Source: Clostridia bacterium
GTDB taxonomy: Bacteria > Bacillota > Clostridia > Oscillospirales > CAG-382
Assembly (NCBI GenBank): GCA_017456765.1
Contig: JAFTIR010000039.1
Coordinates: 93,832-157,831 of the forward strand
Length of the DNA stretch: 64,000 bases
Reading direction: 5' to 3'
A model generated the notes under the pieces. It did no database searches. It worked only from the letters and a program-made list of their open reading frames with translations, and was not told where the DNA came from. Shown in pieces: positions 37,968 to 48,041 of the stretch (its first letter is position 1; each line of letters begins with the position of its first letter). Position numbers and translations under genes: made by a program.

Positions 37968-38576
37968 ATGAAAGACCTTAAACCAAAGGAACTCAGAGTA
38001 TATGAATTTATAAAGGGAAGAATTATTGAAATTGGCTATGCTCCGTCTGTAAGAGAAATATGTGCAGATCTTAATATTAAGTCTACTTCTACAGCACAAA
38101 TGTATATTGATAGACTTATATCGAAGGGCTATCTTGAAAGAGAAAACGGAAAGAGCAGAACCCTTAAACTTACCGCAGGTGACGGTTCTAAGGTTCACAG
38201 CTATAAAGTTCCGATACTCGGTCAGGTTGCGGCAGGACTTCCTATATTGACTGCGGAAAATTTTGACGGATATATCAACTTTGCAACGGAGAAGAAGTAT
38301 GATGAACATCAGCTTTTTGCACTTACTGTTAAGGGCGAAAGTATGCGAGAGGTGGGCATCATGAACGGTGATATAGTTGTTGTGGAGAAATGCGATTATG
38401 CCGATAATGGAAAGATTGTTGTTGCAATGATTGGCGATGAGGCAACGGTTAAACGCTTCTATAAAGAAAACGGAAAATACAGACTTCAGCCGGAAAATCA
38501 TGATATGCAGCCTATAATTGCGGATGAAGTATCGGTACTTGGTCATGTTGTGGCTGATATAAGGTTTTACAAATAA
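37968..38576 (+). CDS. lexA: LexA repressor
   Basis: Winged-helix N-terminus (VREICADLNIKSTSTAQMYIDRLISKGYLE), VAAG cleavage site, GESM catalytic Ser and VKRF catalytic Lys. Confidence 0.93.
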   Translation: MKDLKPKELRVYEFIKGRIIEIGYAPSVREICADLNIKSTSTAQMYIDRLISKGYLERENGKSRTLKLTAGDGSKVHSYKVPILGQVAAGLPILTAENFDGYINFATEKKYDEHQLFALTVKGESMREVGIMNGDIVVVEKCDYADNGKIVVAMIGDEATVKRFYKENGKYRLQPENHDMQPIIADEVSVLGHVVADIRFYK

Positions 38577-39226
38577 TGAAGCTTGTAGATTTGTTGTTTG
38601 ACAGACGATGCTGTATTTGCGATAAGCATATAGATTCAGGTGCTGTTTGTACAGATTGCAATGAGAAAATTGCCGCGCTTGCAGACGTCAGAAAAAGGCG
38701 GCTGAAGATTGGTGAGCGCACTTTTGAAGTGAGTTACCTTTTCGATTATGATAATCCCGTTGTACAAAAACTTCTTTTTAAACTTAAACGTTCGTCAAAT
38801 CGTGATTTGTTCCGGTATGCCGGAAAACTTTATTTCAAGGCTGTTCCCGAACATTTTCGCGGCGTTGTAACAAACTGTCCGAGGGGTGGCAAGGGTATCA
38901 GGAATTATGGCTATGACCAGGTTGCGGTGCCTTGCGGAATTATGTGTAAAGAAAGCGATGGGAGTCTTGAATATCATAGACTTGTAAAAAGAATAGGAAG
39001 GTCCAAAGAGCAGAAAAATCTTTCGCTTGAACAGAGAAAGGAAAACACAAAGAATAAGTTCAGAATAGCAAAAAAGGATATTCCGAAGAATATCCTGATT
39101 GTGGATGATGTTGTTACTACGGGAAGTACAGTTAATGCGTGCATACTTGAAATTTTAAAATGCAGGGAGGATGCCGATATTAAGGTTGCGTGTCTTGCAT
39201 CACGAAACACTTTTTCCGGCAAATGA
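38576..39226 (+). CDS. comFC: ComF-family phosphoribosyltransferase-like protein (ComFC type)
   Basis: N-terminal Cys4 (CCICD...CTDCN) and PRTase motif ILIVDDVVTTGST. The start overlaps the lexA stop (TAATG). Confidence 0.8.
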   Translation: MKLVDLLFDRRCCICDKHIDSGAVCTDCNEKIAALADVRKRRLKIGERTFEVSYLFDYDNPVVQKLLFKLKRSSNRDLFRYAGKLYFKAVPEHFRGVVTNCPRGGKGIRNYGYDQVAVPCGIMCKESDGSLEYHRLVKRIGRSKEQKNLSLEQRKENTKNKFRIAKKDIPKNILIVDDVVTTGSTVNACILEILKCREDADIKVACLASRNTFSGK

Positions 39227-40333
39227 CAATTTAAATATAAGCTCCAGAAGAAGCTCATAGCCGTCTGTGCGTGAGCTTTTTATTTTTTTGTCGTATTCAA
39301 GACACAATTCTGCACAGACGCGAGGGAATGATTCTTTTCCCTTAAAATCTCTGTTTCTGCTTGTGAGATAGGCGGAACTGTTTTTGACAATAAAATCAGC
39401 AATACCCGTTTCTTTTGAAATGGATGCAACGGGAATTCCCCGTTTTATGCAGATGTCGGTTCTGCAAAGGTCGTTAATTGCTTTGGAAATGGTGCCGAGA
39501 ATCAGAATAGGACTTTCGCGCTTGTCCCTTAGAACGTTCAGTGCCCGTGCTGCCTTTGTAAAGTTGCCAGACAGAGCGCCGCTTGAAATATCAAAAATCT
39601 GAGCCGAGGTGCTTTTTATACATATAAAATCTACATCGGAAATTTCAAGCGTATCACGGTTTTCAAAGCGAAGATAACCAATGAGCTTGTCGATTTCGTT
39701 TTTTAAATCTGTCATGCTGTTGCCGACAGTCTGGCATAAATGAACCGCAACGTGTCTGTCAACATTCAGTTTTTCTCTCGAAAAATGACGCAAAACCCAT
39801 GTTACAAGAACACTGCTACCTACAGGTTCTCTCTTGAAATTAACGGTCAGTGCAAATTCGCTTACTTTTTTGTAAAAGCTGCCTTTCAGAACTGTGTCAT
39901 CATCGCCCATGTAAAACCAAAAAATAACAATTGTTTTTTCGGGTAGATTCTGAAGAAATTCGAGAAGATAGTCGGAATCTTTTTTTGAAAGACCCGAAAG
40001 ATCGGGGTAATACAGCTTTATAATTCTGAAAGATGCTTCTTTTTCATCTTGCTTCTCTTCTATTGAAAACATATCAAGGCTTTCTACAGCACTTGTTTCA
40101 CAGGATGCAATGAAATTTTCAAGGCTGAACTCATCTCCGTAAATAGAGGTTACGTTAAGGTTTGAGCCTGCCTGCGAGAGGATAAGATTTGTGTAGTGAT
40201 TCTTTGTGTATTCTTCATCCCCGTAGAAAATGTAACAACCCTCGGTTGTTTTTGCTTTTATTCGTTCTTTCAGAACTTGCAGGTTGTTTGCATGAATGTC
40301 CTGCGGTTTTTCACGAAAAGGTGTCTTTGCCAT
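39200..40333 (-). CDS. holA: DNA polymerase III delta subunit
   Basis: Size and position 4 nt downstream of comEC match the conserved Firmicutes comEC-holA synteny. The N-terminus is typical for delta (YIFYGDEEY). There is no strong motif, so the call rests on context. Confidence 0.65.
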   Translation of the reverse strand: MAKTPFREKPQDIHANNLQVLKERIKAKTTEGCYIFYGDEEYTKNHYTNLILSQAGSNLNVTSIYGDEFSLENFIASCETSAVESLDMFSIEEKQDEKEASFRIIKLYYPDLSGLSKKDSDYLLEFLQNLPEKTIVIFWFYMGDDDTVLKGSFYKKVSEFALTVNFKREPVGSSVLVTWVLRHFSREKLNVDRHVAVHLCQTVGNSMTDLKNEIDKLIGYLRFENRDTLEISDVDFICIKSTSAQIFDISSGALSGNFTKAARALNVLRDKRESPILILGTISKAINDLCRTDICIKRGIPVASISKETGIADFIVKNSSAYLTSRNRDFKGKESFPRVCAELCLEYDKKIKSSRTDGYELLLELIFKLSFAGKSVS

Positions 40334-40337
40334 ATTT

Positions 40338-42545
40338 TCACCCCTTTATAACTACGGTTTTTTCACCATAGGTGTTAATAATGCCGTCTGCTTCTTCACC
40401 CTTTTTGAGTCTGGTAAAGAATTTGCTGCAAACGGGCTTTATGTCTTTGTTTGTATCAAACTGTGTTTTTGTATTTCTCGTAAAGAATGCACAAATATCG
40501 CAGTTTTTGTCAAACAACACCGGGTTGTATTTATCGTCAAATAAAATCCCCGTTTTGGTGTTGCCGTCATCGACGGATAAATAAAAATAATCGTCAGCGG
40601 TATATTTTATAGTTATATCTTCTACAGTGGCTTCCGAAGAAATATAGTTGCACCTGATGCCGTATTTGTCAAGCTCGCTTGCAAGTTCGGCACCTTCCTT
40701 TGATTTTGGAACATAAACGTTCTTCAGTCCAAATCTGTTGTCGAATATTTTTATATTTTGAGAGAGTACCGCTGGAATTATTGCGTCATCGGGGACTATG
40801 AAAAGATAATTGTTTTTGTATTTATAATCAAAAGGTGCGTCATCTTTGTTGCCACAGATACGGTTGTCGGCGTTAACCAGAAGGTGACCTTGAGTACCAA
40901 GCTTTATACATAGTTGACGGTCGTTAACATTTTTGCGATAGTATGTTATCTTGTAAACATTATCATCGGCGACCGAAAACATCAGTGATATGAAAGAGAA
41001 TATAACACCCAGAGTTACGATAGCAGCAATGCAAAAGCGTCTTGCCAAAACAAAATCAAAAGCAATAAATACTGATAAAAGTATCAGTGCACAGACAAAT
41101 AATGCCAAAAATGTTTCGGGGAAAGCTGATGTAATAGTGGCATACCTGAAGTGTGCAAAGAAGTCGGATGCTTTTATTATGCCCAGACATAATAAGTGGC
41201 AGACGTTTCCGATAATATCCAGAATAATGTCAATTGCCGCAAAAAACGACAGCGGAGATAGCAACAAAAGAAAAAGTAAACATAACAGCAAAACTTCAAA
41301 GATAAATGAAACTGCCATTGTTGCTGCAACCGACATGAGCGATATTCCGCCAAAGGATGCAGCACACACCGGCAGAGTAAACATGACTGCACCGAGATTT
41401 GAAAGAATAAGTTGTGTCGTTGCAGTAACGAATTTGCGCAAAGAACCGCCTTCGGTTGGCAGGGGTGCAAATTCAGAAAGGCAGATTATACCGAGAGTTG
41501 CGCAGAACGAAAGTATCAGGGAAATGTCGAGTACGCTGTAAGGTGAGAAAATACATATTACGAGAAGCGAAAAGAACAGTGAAATGTATGCATCTGTTTT
41601 TCGTCCCGACATCATGCCTATATAACTGATTACACACATGATGCATGCTCTGACAGTGGAAAGAGAAAAACCTGTAAAGGCTGTGTAAAAAACGCAAAGT
41701 GTAATAATAATTGCACACTTTAGCTTTTTGTGTACCGAGAACATTGACAAAAAGCAGTAACAGATACCCGAAAGAATTGCAAGGTGCATTCCCGAAACGC
41801 AGAGGATATGTGTAAGTCCGCATTCTGAAAAGGAATCCTTTATATCATTGGGAATTAAATTTCTGTCACCTGCAAACATGGCATAGCTTAGTGCGGCTGT
41901 TTCATAATTGGAGTTCTGCGGAATGTACTTGTACATAGCATAGTACGTATAATCGCGCAGCTTCGATAATAAAGGTGTTTTCTCCGCACCGATGGATTTT
42001 ATTATGGAAGCAGATGGGAAATCTATAAAAATTCTTTTACTGCGCAGATAGCTTGTTGTATCAAAGCCATCGTTTTCAATTTGCCTGACAGAAATGGGTT
42101 TGCCTTGAAAAACGATGGTATCTCCATCGGTAAGCTGAAGTCCTGAATAACAATTAAGCCTCGCACGCAAAGGAATGTCTGCAGTAATACCGTTAACACT
42201 TTGAAGTGTTGCAAAAATCTGAGAATATCCTGAGTAAACCCTGCACTCATCTACTACGGCAGTATATTGAACGTTTTCCTTGTCTTGTAATACGGATATA
42301 AGTCTTTCCGAGGTGTTTTCATACTGTTCATAGGTAAAATATGAAGTTGCGACACAAATGAGAAGTGTTGGCAGGAGAATAAATGGGATTACGAGCTTCT
42401 TTGTTTTTATACAAATCGGCAGACATATTGCAATAAGGGCAATAAACCCCACAAAAATATAAATAATATGCTTTGGAAAAGCAAGAACAAGGTGAATCTG
42501 AATAATTGCAACTATCGTTGCAAGGACGGTTGGACGGCGAAGCAT
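40338..42545 (-). CDS. comEC: ComEC/Rec2-family DNA internalisation channel protein
   Basis: Polytopic protein with the competence-domain signature GLTHILCVSGMHL. The C-terminal domain looks degenerate for the metallo-beta-lactamase motif. Confidence 0.85.
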   Translation of the reverse strand: MLRRPTVLATIVAIIQIHLVLAFPKHIIYIFVGFIALIAICLPICIKTKKLVIPFILLPTLLICVATSYFTYEQYENTSERLISVLQDKENVQYTAVVDECRVYSGYSQIFATLQSVNGITADIPLRARLNCYSGLQLTDGDTIVFQGKPISVRQIENDGFDTTSYLRSKRIFIDFPSASIIKSIGAEKTPLLSKLRDYTYYAMYKYIPQNSNYETAALSYAMFAGDRNLIPNDIKDSFSECGLTHILCVSGMHLAILSGICYCFLSMFSVHKKLKCAIIITLCVFYTAFTGFSLSTVRACIMCVISYIGMMSGRKTDAYISLFFSLLVICIFSPYSVLDISLILSFCATLGIICLSEFAPLPTEGGSLRKFVTATTQLILSNLGAVMFTLPVCAASFGGISLMSVAATMAVSFIFEVLLLCLLFLLLLSPLSFFAAIDIILDIIGNVCHLLCLGIIKASDFFAHFRYATITSAFPETFLALFVCALILLSVFIAFDFVLARRFCIAAIVTLGVIFSFISLMFSVADDNVYKITYYRKNVNDRQLCIKLGTQGHLLVNADNRICGNKDDAPFDYKYKNNYLFIVPDDAIIPAVLSQNIKIFDNRFGLKNVYVPKSKEGAELASELDKYGIRCNYISSEATVEDITIKYTADDYFYLSVDDGNTKTGILFDDKYNPVLFDKNCDICAFFTRNTKTQFDTNKDIKPVCSKFFTRLKKGEEADGIINTYGEKTVVIKG

Positions 42546-42547
42546 AG

Positions 42548-43396
42548 TTATTCGTATACTCTTTCAAACGAGGTGATAACCATGATACTGTCGCTTGTTA
42601 TGATTGAATCATCAAGTGCAACAACGGCGTTTTTTGTGTGACTGCCTTGCTCGGGAATAAAATCATATACGGTGCCGATAACCAGATTTCTCGGATATAC
42701 CTCTCCGAGACCACTTGTAAGAATCTTGTTTCCGAGAGCGACGGTGGTTTCGTTTGAGAGACCTTTTATAATGCATTTGTTTTGCTCAAAAGTCTCAAAT
42801 GAACCCGAGAGAATTCCTGTTTCGCCCGTCTCTTCATCGTATACTCCCACATTTACATCGTATGAAAGAACAGATTTGCAACGGGCAGATGTGGACTCGA
42901 CAGAGTATGTTACGCCTATAAGCGCACCCTCGTCGGAAATAATAGGCATATTTTCGGAAATGCCGTGAAATGAACCCTTGTCAATTGTAAATATCGAGGA
43001 ATAACCCGAGGAAGATTTAGATACAATGTTTGCGTTTGTGAACTTGAAATCGGTTCTTTCTTTTTTTAACTCCAGGAATTTGTAGAGAGAGTCGTTTTCA
43101 TCCTTTACCGCCTGATATGCGGCATTTTCCTCAGTAAGGAGTTTGTTCTGTTTTGCAAGCTGTTTGTTTTGCTCGTGTAGTTTGTTTATGTCAGAAAAAT
43201 AACTGCCTGCCGAGGAGCAAAGATTGTACACGCTTTTGGTAGCGCTTCTCAAAGGGGAGGTGACAACAGAAAGCGCATCGGAAAAAACAGTGCTTGTCCC
43301 GGAAGAATGGGAAGCAAAGCAAATAATACATAGGAGTATCCCTATGGCAAACATTAGCGGCATATGTAAATCTTTTTTTCTGTGCGGGATTTTCAA
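42548..43396 (-). CDS. mreC: rod shape-determining protein MreC
   Basis: TM anchor, coiled coil (KLHEQNKQLAKQNKLLTEENAAYQAVKDEN), then beta-barrel domains with TSGLGEVYPRNLVIGTV. The start is uncertain: the TTG at 43396 lies 8 nt after AAGGAAG, and the ORF itself extends to a TTG at 43435. Confidence 0.8.
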   Translation of the reverse strand: MKIPHRKKDLHMPLMFAIGILLCIICFASHSSGTSTVFSDALSVVTSPLRSATKSVYNLCSSAGSYFSDINKLHEQNKQLAKQNKLLTEENAAYQAVKDENDSLYKFLELKKERTDFKFTNANIVSKSSSGYSSIFTIDKGSFHGISENMPIISDEGALIGVTYSVESTSARCKSVLSYDVNVGVYDEETGETGILSGSFETFEQNKCIIKGLSNETTVALGNKILTSGLGEVYPRNLVIGTVYDFIPEQGSHTKNAVVALDDSIITSDSIMVITSFERVYE

Positions 43397-43522
43397 TTTG
43401 TTCACTTCCTTTGAAAGAGTTTTGTTAAAATTCAAAAAATATAATTTACTTTTTTCTCACTATATATTATAATGTAAAAGAAATATGTTTGCAATACGAA
43501 AATGTAAAAAAGAGGAGAAGAT

Positions 43523-45535
43523 ATGACAAAACCTCTTATTCTTTCGCCTGCGGGTTCTTTTGAATCGTTTGTTGCCGCTGTAAATGCAGGGGCAGACGAG
43601 GTGTACTTCGGTCTTCCCGAATTCAATGCAAGATATAATGCAAAGAATTTTACGGATGAAGAACTGAAAGAGGCACTGAAAATATGCAGGATTCTTGGAG
43701 TAAAATCAAATATCACCGTAAACACACTTCTGACCGACAAGGAAATGCCAAGGGCTCTTGATATGGTTTACAATGCGGCATCGCTTGGCGCTGACGCCTT
43801 TATTGTGCAGGATCTTGGCTTTGCAAGCGAGATAAAGAAGCAGATGCCACAGGTGTGTCTTCATGCAAGTACCCAGTGTGCCTGCCATAGCCTTGAGGGA
43901 GCAAAAAAACTATCACAGCTTGGTTTTTCAAGGGTGGTTCTTGCAAGAGAAATGCCAAAGGACGAAATTGCGAAAGTCGTAAATGCGGGAATTGAAACCG
44001 AAATCTTTGTCCACGGTGCACTTTGCGTTTGCCAGTCGGGTATGTGCCTTATGAGCTCCGTTATTGGCGGCAGAAGCGGCAATCGCGGTCTTTGCGCACA
44101 GCCCTGCAGACTCCCATATACAACGAAGGAGAACAAAAACAAATATCCTCTCAGCCTTAAGGACTTGTCTCTTGGAACGAGAATTGAAGATTTAATTGTG
44201 TCAGGTGTAACAAGTCTTAAAATTGAGGGAAGAATGAAAAGTCCCGAATATGTTTACGGCACAACAAAGATATGGCGAGAGCTTATTGATGGCGAAAAGA
44301 ATGCTACAAAGGAGCAGATGTCAGCGCTTTCGGACATTTTCTCAAGAGGTGGCTTTACGGACAAGTATTTCACGGGTGAGTATACAAAAAACAATAATGA
44401 TATGTACGGCATCAGAAGTGAAAGTGATAAACGGGCTACAAGAGAAAATGGAAAGTGTACTGACTTTTCACAGATTACAAGAAAGAAAAGCATAAGAATT
44501 TCTTGCGTCATTGAAGCTGAAAAAAATGTGCAGGCAAAAGCATCATGCGACGGTACTGTTGTAAGTGTGACATCTGATTTTGTGTGTCAGGCGGCAACCG
44601 GCAGACCTTTGACTGAGGAGGATGTAAGAGGGGCGCTGTCAAAACTCGGAAACACACATTTTGAAGTGCGCGGGAACGATTTGGACATTGAAATAAAGGG
44701 TGACGTGTTCCTTAGTAAATCCATGCTTAATTCTGTGAGACGCTCTCTTGCAGAGGAGCTTGAGAATGTACTTTACAATCCCAAAAATGTTGAAAGAAAA
44801 AAGACGGAAACAATACGTAAAAGACGAAATGCGGCAGAGAAAACGGAAAAAATCCATTCTTGCATGAGTCTTGAAACTGCAAGGTCGCTTGACTTTGCGG
44901 AGTATGTAAGTATTCCCTTGAGCGAAATTGAGAATATAGACGAAAGCATAGTGAAAAAACACTCACATTTCGGTGTGACACTGCCGAGAGTTATATATTC
45001 ATCCGAGATGGCTGAGTGCAGACGTCTTCTTGCACAGGCTGTGGAAAAAGGAGCGGAATTTGCCCTTGTTTCAAATATCGGACAGGTAGATGCCGTAAAA
45101 GACTCGGGACTTTTGTTGTTTGGAAACATCGGTATGAACGTGTTTAATTCCTCGACTGTCGGTGTGCTTGAGGAAATGGGCTTTTCGCTTATCACGGCTT
45201 CGCCCGAGCTTAATGAAGCGCAGGTCCGAGACCTTGAAAAGAAGGAAAGCACAAAGCTCTGTGCGTTTGCAAAGGGATATTTGCCCGTAATGGTGTTGGA
45301 AAGCTGTATTGTGCGGGCGGGCGGAACGTGTAAGATGCAAAACGGATACCCCTGTGGTGTTCTTCACGACAGAATCGGAAAAGATTTTCCCGTGTATGGT
45401 GAAAGAAGACTTTACTCAGACGGTTATCCTTGCAGAAATATAATCTTCAATTCCGTAGAGACGGACATTCTTTCAAAGAAAGAAAAAATGTCAAAAATGA
45501 ATGTTGATGCGGCATTGATTTTACATCTGGAGTAG
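43523..45535 (+). CDS. U32-family peptidase-like protein with a long C-terminal extension
   Basis: U32 signature EIFVHGALCVCQSGMCLMS. AGAGGAG SD. Confidence 0.88.
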   Translation: MTKPLILSPAGSFESFVAAVNAGADEVYFGLPEFNARYNAKNFTDEELKEALKICRILGVKSNITVNTLLTDKEMPRALDMVYNAASLGADAFIVQDLGFASEIKKQMPQVCLHASTQCACHSLEGAKKLSQLGFSRVVLAREMPKDEIAKVVNAGIETEIFVHGALCVCQSGMCLMSSVIGGRSGNRGLCAQPCRLPYTTKENKNKYPLSLKDLSLGTRIEDLIVSGVTSLKIEGRMKSPEYVYGTTKIWRELIDGEKNATKEQMSALSDIFSRGGFTDKYFTGEYTKNNNDMYGIRSESDKRATRENGKCTDFSQITRKKSIRISCVIEAEKNVQAKASCDGTVVSVTSDFVCQAATGRPLTEEDVRGALSKLGNTHFEVRGNDLDIEIKGDVFLSKSMLNSVRRSLAEELENVLYNPKNVERKKTETIRKRRNAAEKTEKIHSCMSLETARSLDFAEYVSIPLSEIENIDESIVKKHSHFGVTLPRVIYSSEMAECRRLLAQAVEKGAEFALVSNIGQVDAVKDSGLLLFGNIGMNVFNSSTVGVLEEMGFSLITASPELNEAQVRDLEKKESTKLCAFAKGYLPVMVLESCIVRAGGTCKMQNGYPCGVLHDRIGKDFPVYGERRLYSDGYPCRNIIFNSVETDILSKKEKMSKMNVDAALILHLE

Positions 45536-45536
45536 T

Positions 45537-46514
45537 ATGAAAATAGGAAATGTAGAAATAAAAAACGGTGTATTTCTTGCACCTATGGCAGGGGTTACCG
45601 ACAGGGCTTTTCGCTATATGTGTAAAAAATACGGTGCAGGTGGCATGACCACCGAAATGGTGTCGGCAAAGGCTATCTGTTACGGAGATAAAAAGACGGC
45701 ACGCCTTGCGTATATTGCGCTCGAGGAAAGACCCTGCGGTCTTCAGCTTTTCGGAAGCGAGCCTGATATTATGGCAAGGGCGGCGGCGAGCGTTTTTGAC
45801 TTGTTTTCCCCTGAATTTATTGATGTAAATATGGGTTGTCCTGCACCTAAAATCGTAAATAACGGCGAGGGAAGTTCACTTATGAAAAATCCACGCCTTT
45901 GCTATGAAATAGTCAAGAGCATGAAAACTGCTCTTGACGGCAGATGCCCCCTGACAGTTAAAATAAGACGCGGATTTGACAAAGACAGTATCAATGCTGT
46001 CGAGGTTGCAAAAATGTGTGAAGAAGCGGGTGCGGATGCAATCTTTGTCCACGCAAGGACGAGAGAGCAGATGTATATGCCTCCGGTTGAGTATTCAACT
46101 ATTGCCGACGTAAAGAATGCAGTAAAAATCCCCGTTATAGGAAACGGGGACATAATGTGCGGACTTGATGCGGTGAATGTCATGAAAGAAACCGGATGTG
46201 ACGGCGTTATGATTGGACGTGCGTCTCAGGGAAATCCTTTTGTGTTTGATGAAATCAACCATTATCTTGAGGGGAAAGCATATACTGCACCTACATCTGA
46301 TGAGAAAAGGAAATGCGTAAAAGAACACATTTCACTTCTTGTCGAGGATAAGGGCGAATATGTCGGAGTGAGAGAGGCGAGAAAGCATGTTGCGTGGTAT
46401 ATAAAGGGACTTCCCGGTTCTGCCTCAATGAGAAACCGGGTGAATCTCTGTGAAAGCACAAAGGAAATGATGTCGCTTATTGATGAAGCCTTTTCTACCG
46501 GAGAATCATTTTAA
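45537..46514 (+). CDS. dusB: tRNA dihydrouridine synthase
   Basis: LAPMAGVTD, DVNMGCP and GADAIFVHARTR motifs. Confidence 0.9.
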   Translation: MKIGNVEIKNGVFLAPMAGVTDRAFRYMCKKYGAGGMTTEMVSAKAICYGDKKTARLAYIALEERPCGLQLFGSEPDIMARAAASVFDLFSPEFIDVNMGCPAPKIVNNGEGSSLMKNPRLCYEIVKSMKTALDGRCPLTVKIRRGFDKDSINAVEVAKMCEEAGADAIFVHARTREQMYMPPVEYSTIADVKNAVKIPVIGNGDIMCGLDAVNVMKETGCDGVMIGRASQGNPFVFDEINHYLEGKAYTAPTSDEKRKCVKEHISLLVEDKGEYVGVREARKHVAWYIKGLPGSASMRNRVNLCESTKEMMSLIDEAFSTGESF

Positions 46515-47601
46515 AATAATCATTTGATATTTTTTCTACCGTCTTGTAATCTGTATACTGACGGTAGATTTTTTCTAATTCCATGTGAATCTCTCCTGCA
46601 TTTTTCAGACATTCAAGCGCTTGCTTTTCCATATTTTCGGAAATACGGCAGTAGAATTTTCTTAGAGGCTTAAGGGGTGAAAGTGCCTTTGTGTCAAGAA
46701 ATCTTGCACAGTTTATGATTCTGCATTTTTTGGAATTTCTGTCGCATTCGGAAACAAGCTTTTCGTCATAGAATGAAACCGAAACTCCTATATCCGGATA
46801 GTACAGGGCGTTGATTTCGTCTTTTTTTTCGGGGTTGTAGCTCACGTAAGTATAGGCACCCATGTTTTTCATATACTCATATACTGCCCGTAAAAACAGA
46901 GAGGGAAGGCGGCTTGACGAAAAAGGCTCTTTTACGAAAACACAGAAATCTGCACTGTCTTCAAAGGTTGAAAATCTTATTTTACCCAAAGAGGAAAATG
47001 CGCAGGTTAGTCTTGTTTTTGAAAGGTGATTTTCTTTTTTTTGAGTGCACTTCAACAGACTTTTTGAAAGACGTGATGCGCTTCTGTCGAGTTTGTCAAA
47101 CAGTATGTGGGGAAAAATCAGGTTATACACGAGTTCGTCCATAACACTTTTGCTGTAAAGAAAATTGTAGCAATCGTTATAGTGGCGGCTCTTTTTTTGT
47201 GACAGGGCGGAAATTTCATTTTTTCTTTCAAACAGCTTCTCGTTATCCCAGCTTCTTCCGAGGTCTATTATTATTTCCCTTGCACCCGCAATTTTCGGTT
47301 CTACCGCATGAGGACTTGTGCCGTCAATAACAGCAACACGTTTTTCTTTTATAATGATACCGTCAAGGGAGGAAGGGTCGGAAGAGCAGTGAAAATATTC
47401 TGAACTAAGTCCCAACTCGTTTGCCTGTTTTCCAAGACGTTTCATGAATGTGCTTTTTCCGACACCCGGACCGCCTTTGAGAATAAAGACCCTGTCGCAG
47501 TCATTATCGGCGAAAACCTTGTCAAAATAACTGACAAAGCCGTCCTTTGTGTTCGAGGCGGCAAAATATCTTTCGCCGTCTTCTTTATATAAACCGTTCA
47601 T
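46495..47601 (-). CDS. P-loop NTPase of unknown function
   Basis: Walker A ILKGGPGVGKST. The ATG at 47601 follows AGGAG. Convergent 20-nt overlap with dusB. Confidence 0.7.
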   Translation of the reverse strand: MNGLYKEDGERYFAASNTKDGFVSYFDKVFADNDCDRVFILKGGPGVGKSTFMKRLGKQANELGLSSEYFHCSSDPSSLDGIIIKEKRVAVIDGTSPHAVEPKIAGAREIIIDLGRSWDNEKLFERKNEISALSQKKSRHYNDCYNFLYSKSVMDELVYNLIFPHILFDKLDRSASRLSKSLLKCTQKKENHLSKTRLTCAFSSLGKIRFSTFEDSADFCVFVKEPFSSSRLPSLFLRAVYEYMKNMGAYTYVSYNPEKKDEINALYYPDIGVSVSFYDEKLVSECDRNSKKCRIINCARFLDTKALSPLKPLRKFYCRISENMEKQALECLKNAGEIHMELEKIYRQYTDYKTVEKISNDYFKMILR

Positions 47602-47660
47602 GGCTAAAACTCCTTTCAATCTCTTTACTTTATCCTATGCCAAAACTCTTTGCGGTGTGC

Positions 47661-47689
47661 TTGACAAAATGGGAGAAAATATGTATAAT
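47661..47689 (+). promoter_or_regulatory. sigma-A promoter of rnpB
   Basis: TTGACA, a 17-nt spacer, then TATAAT, ending 7 nt before the first P1 nucleotide. Confidence 0.7.
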
Positions 47690-47696
47690 ATCACTT

Positions 47697-48041
47697 GCGA
47701 CCGGGGTGAACAATCGCGCTGGACAGAAATGTCGGTGAGGAAAGTCCGGGCTTCACAGAGCAGGATAACGGATAACGTCCGCCGGAGGCGACTCCCGGGA
47801 TAGTGCAACAGAGATATACCGCCGTGAATTTCACGGTAAGGGTGGAAAGGCGAGGTAAGAGCTCACCGGCGTGGTGGTGACATCACGGCCCTGTAAACCC
47901 TATCCGAAGCAACACCGAATGCAGAGAGCATATGCTACGCTTGCTCGGCGGAATCTGCGAGGTGGCAACAGAGCTTTATGGCAACATAAAGCCAAGATAG
48001 ATGATTGTTCTCGACAGAACCCGGCTTACAGCTCCGGTCGC
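47697..48041 (+). ncRNA. rnpB: RNase P RNA (ribozyme subunit)
   Basis: Universal P4 elements GAGGAAAGTCCGGGC (5' half) and ACAGAACCCGGCTTA (3' half). The P1 stem pairs GCGACCGG at the 5' end with CCGGTCGC at the 3' end. Confidence 0.93.
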
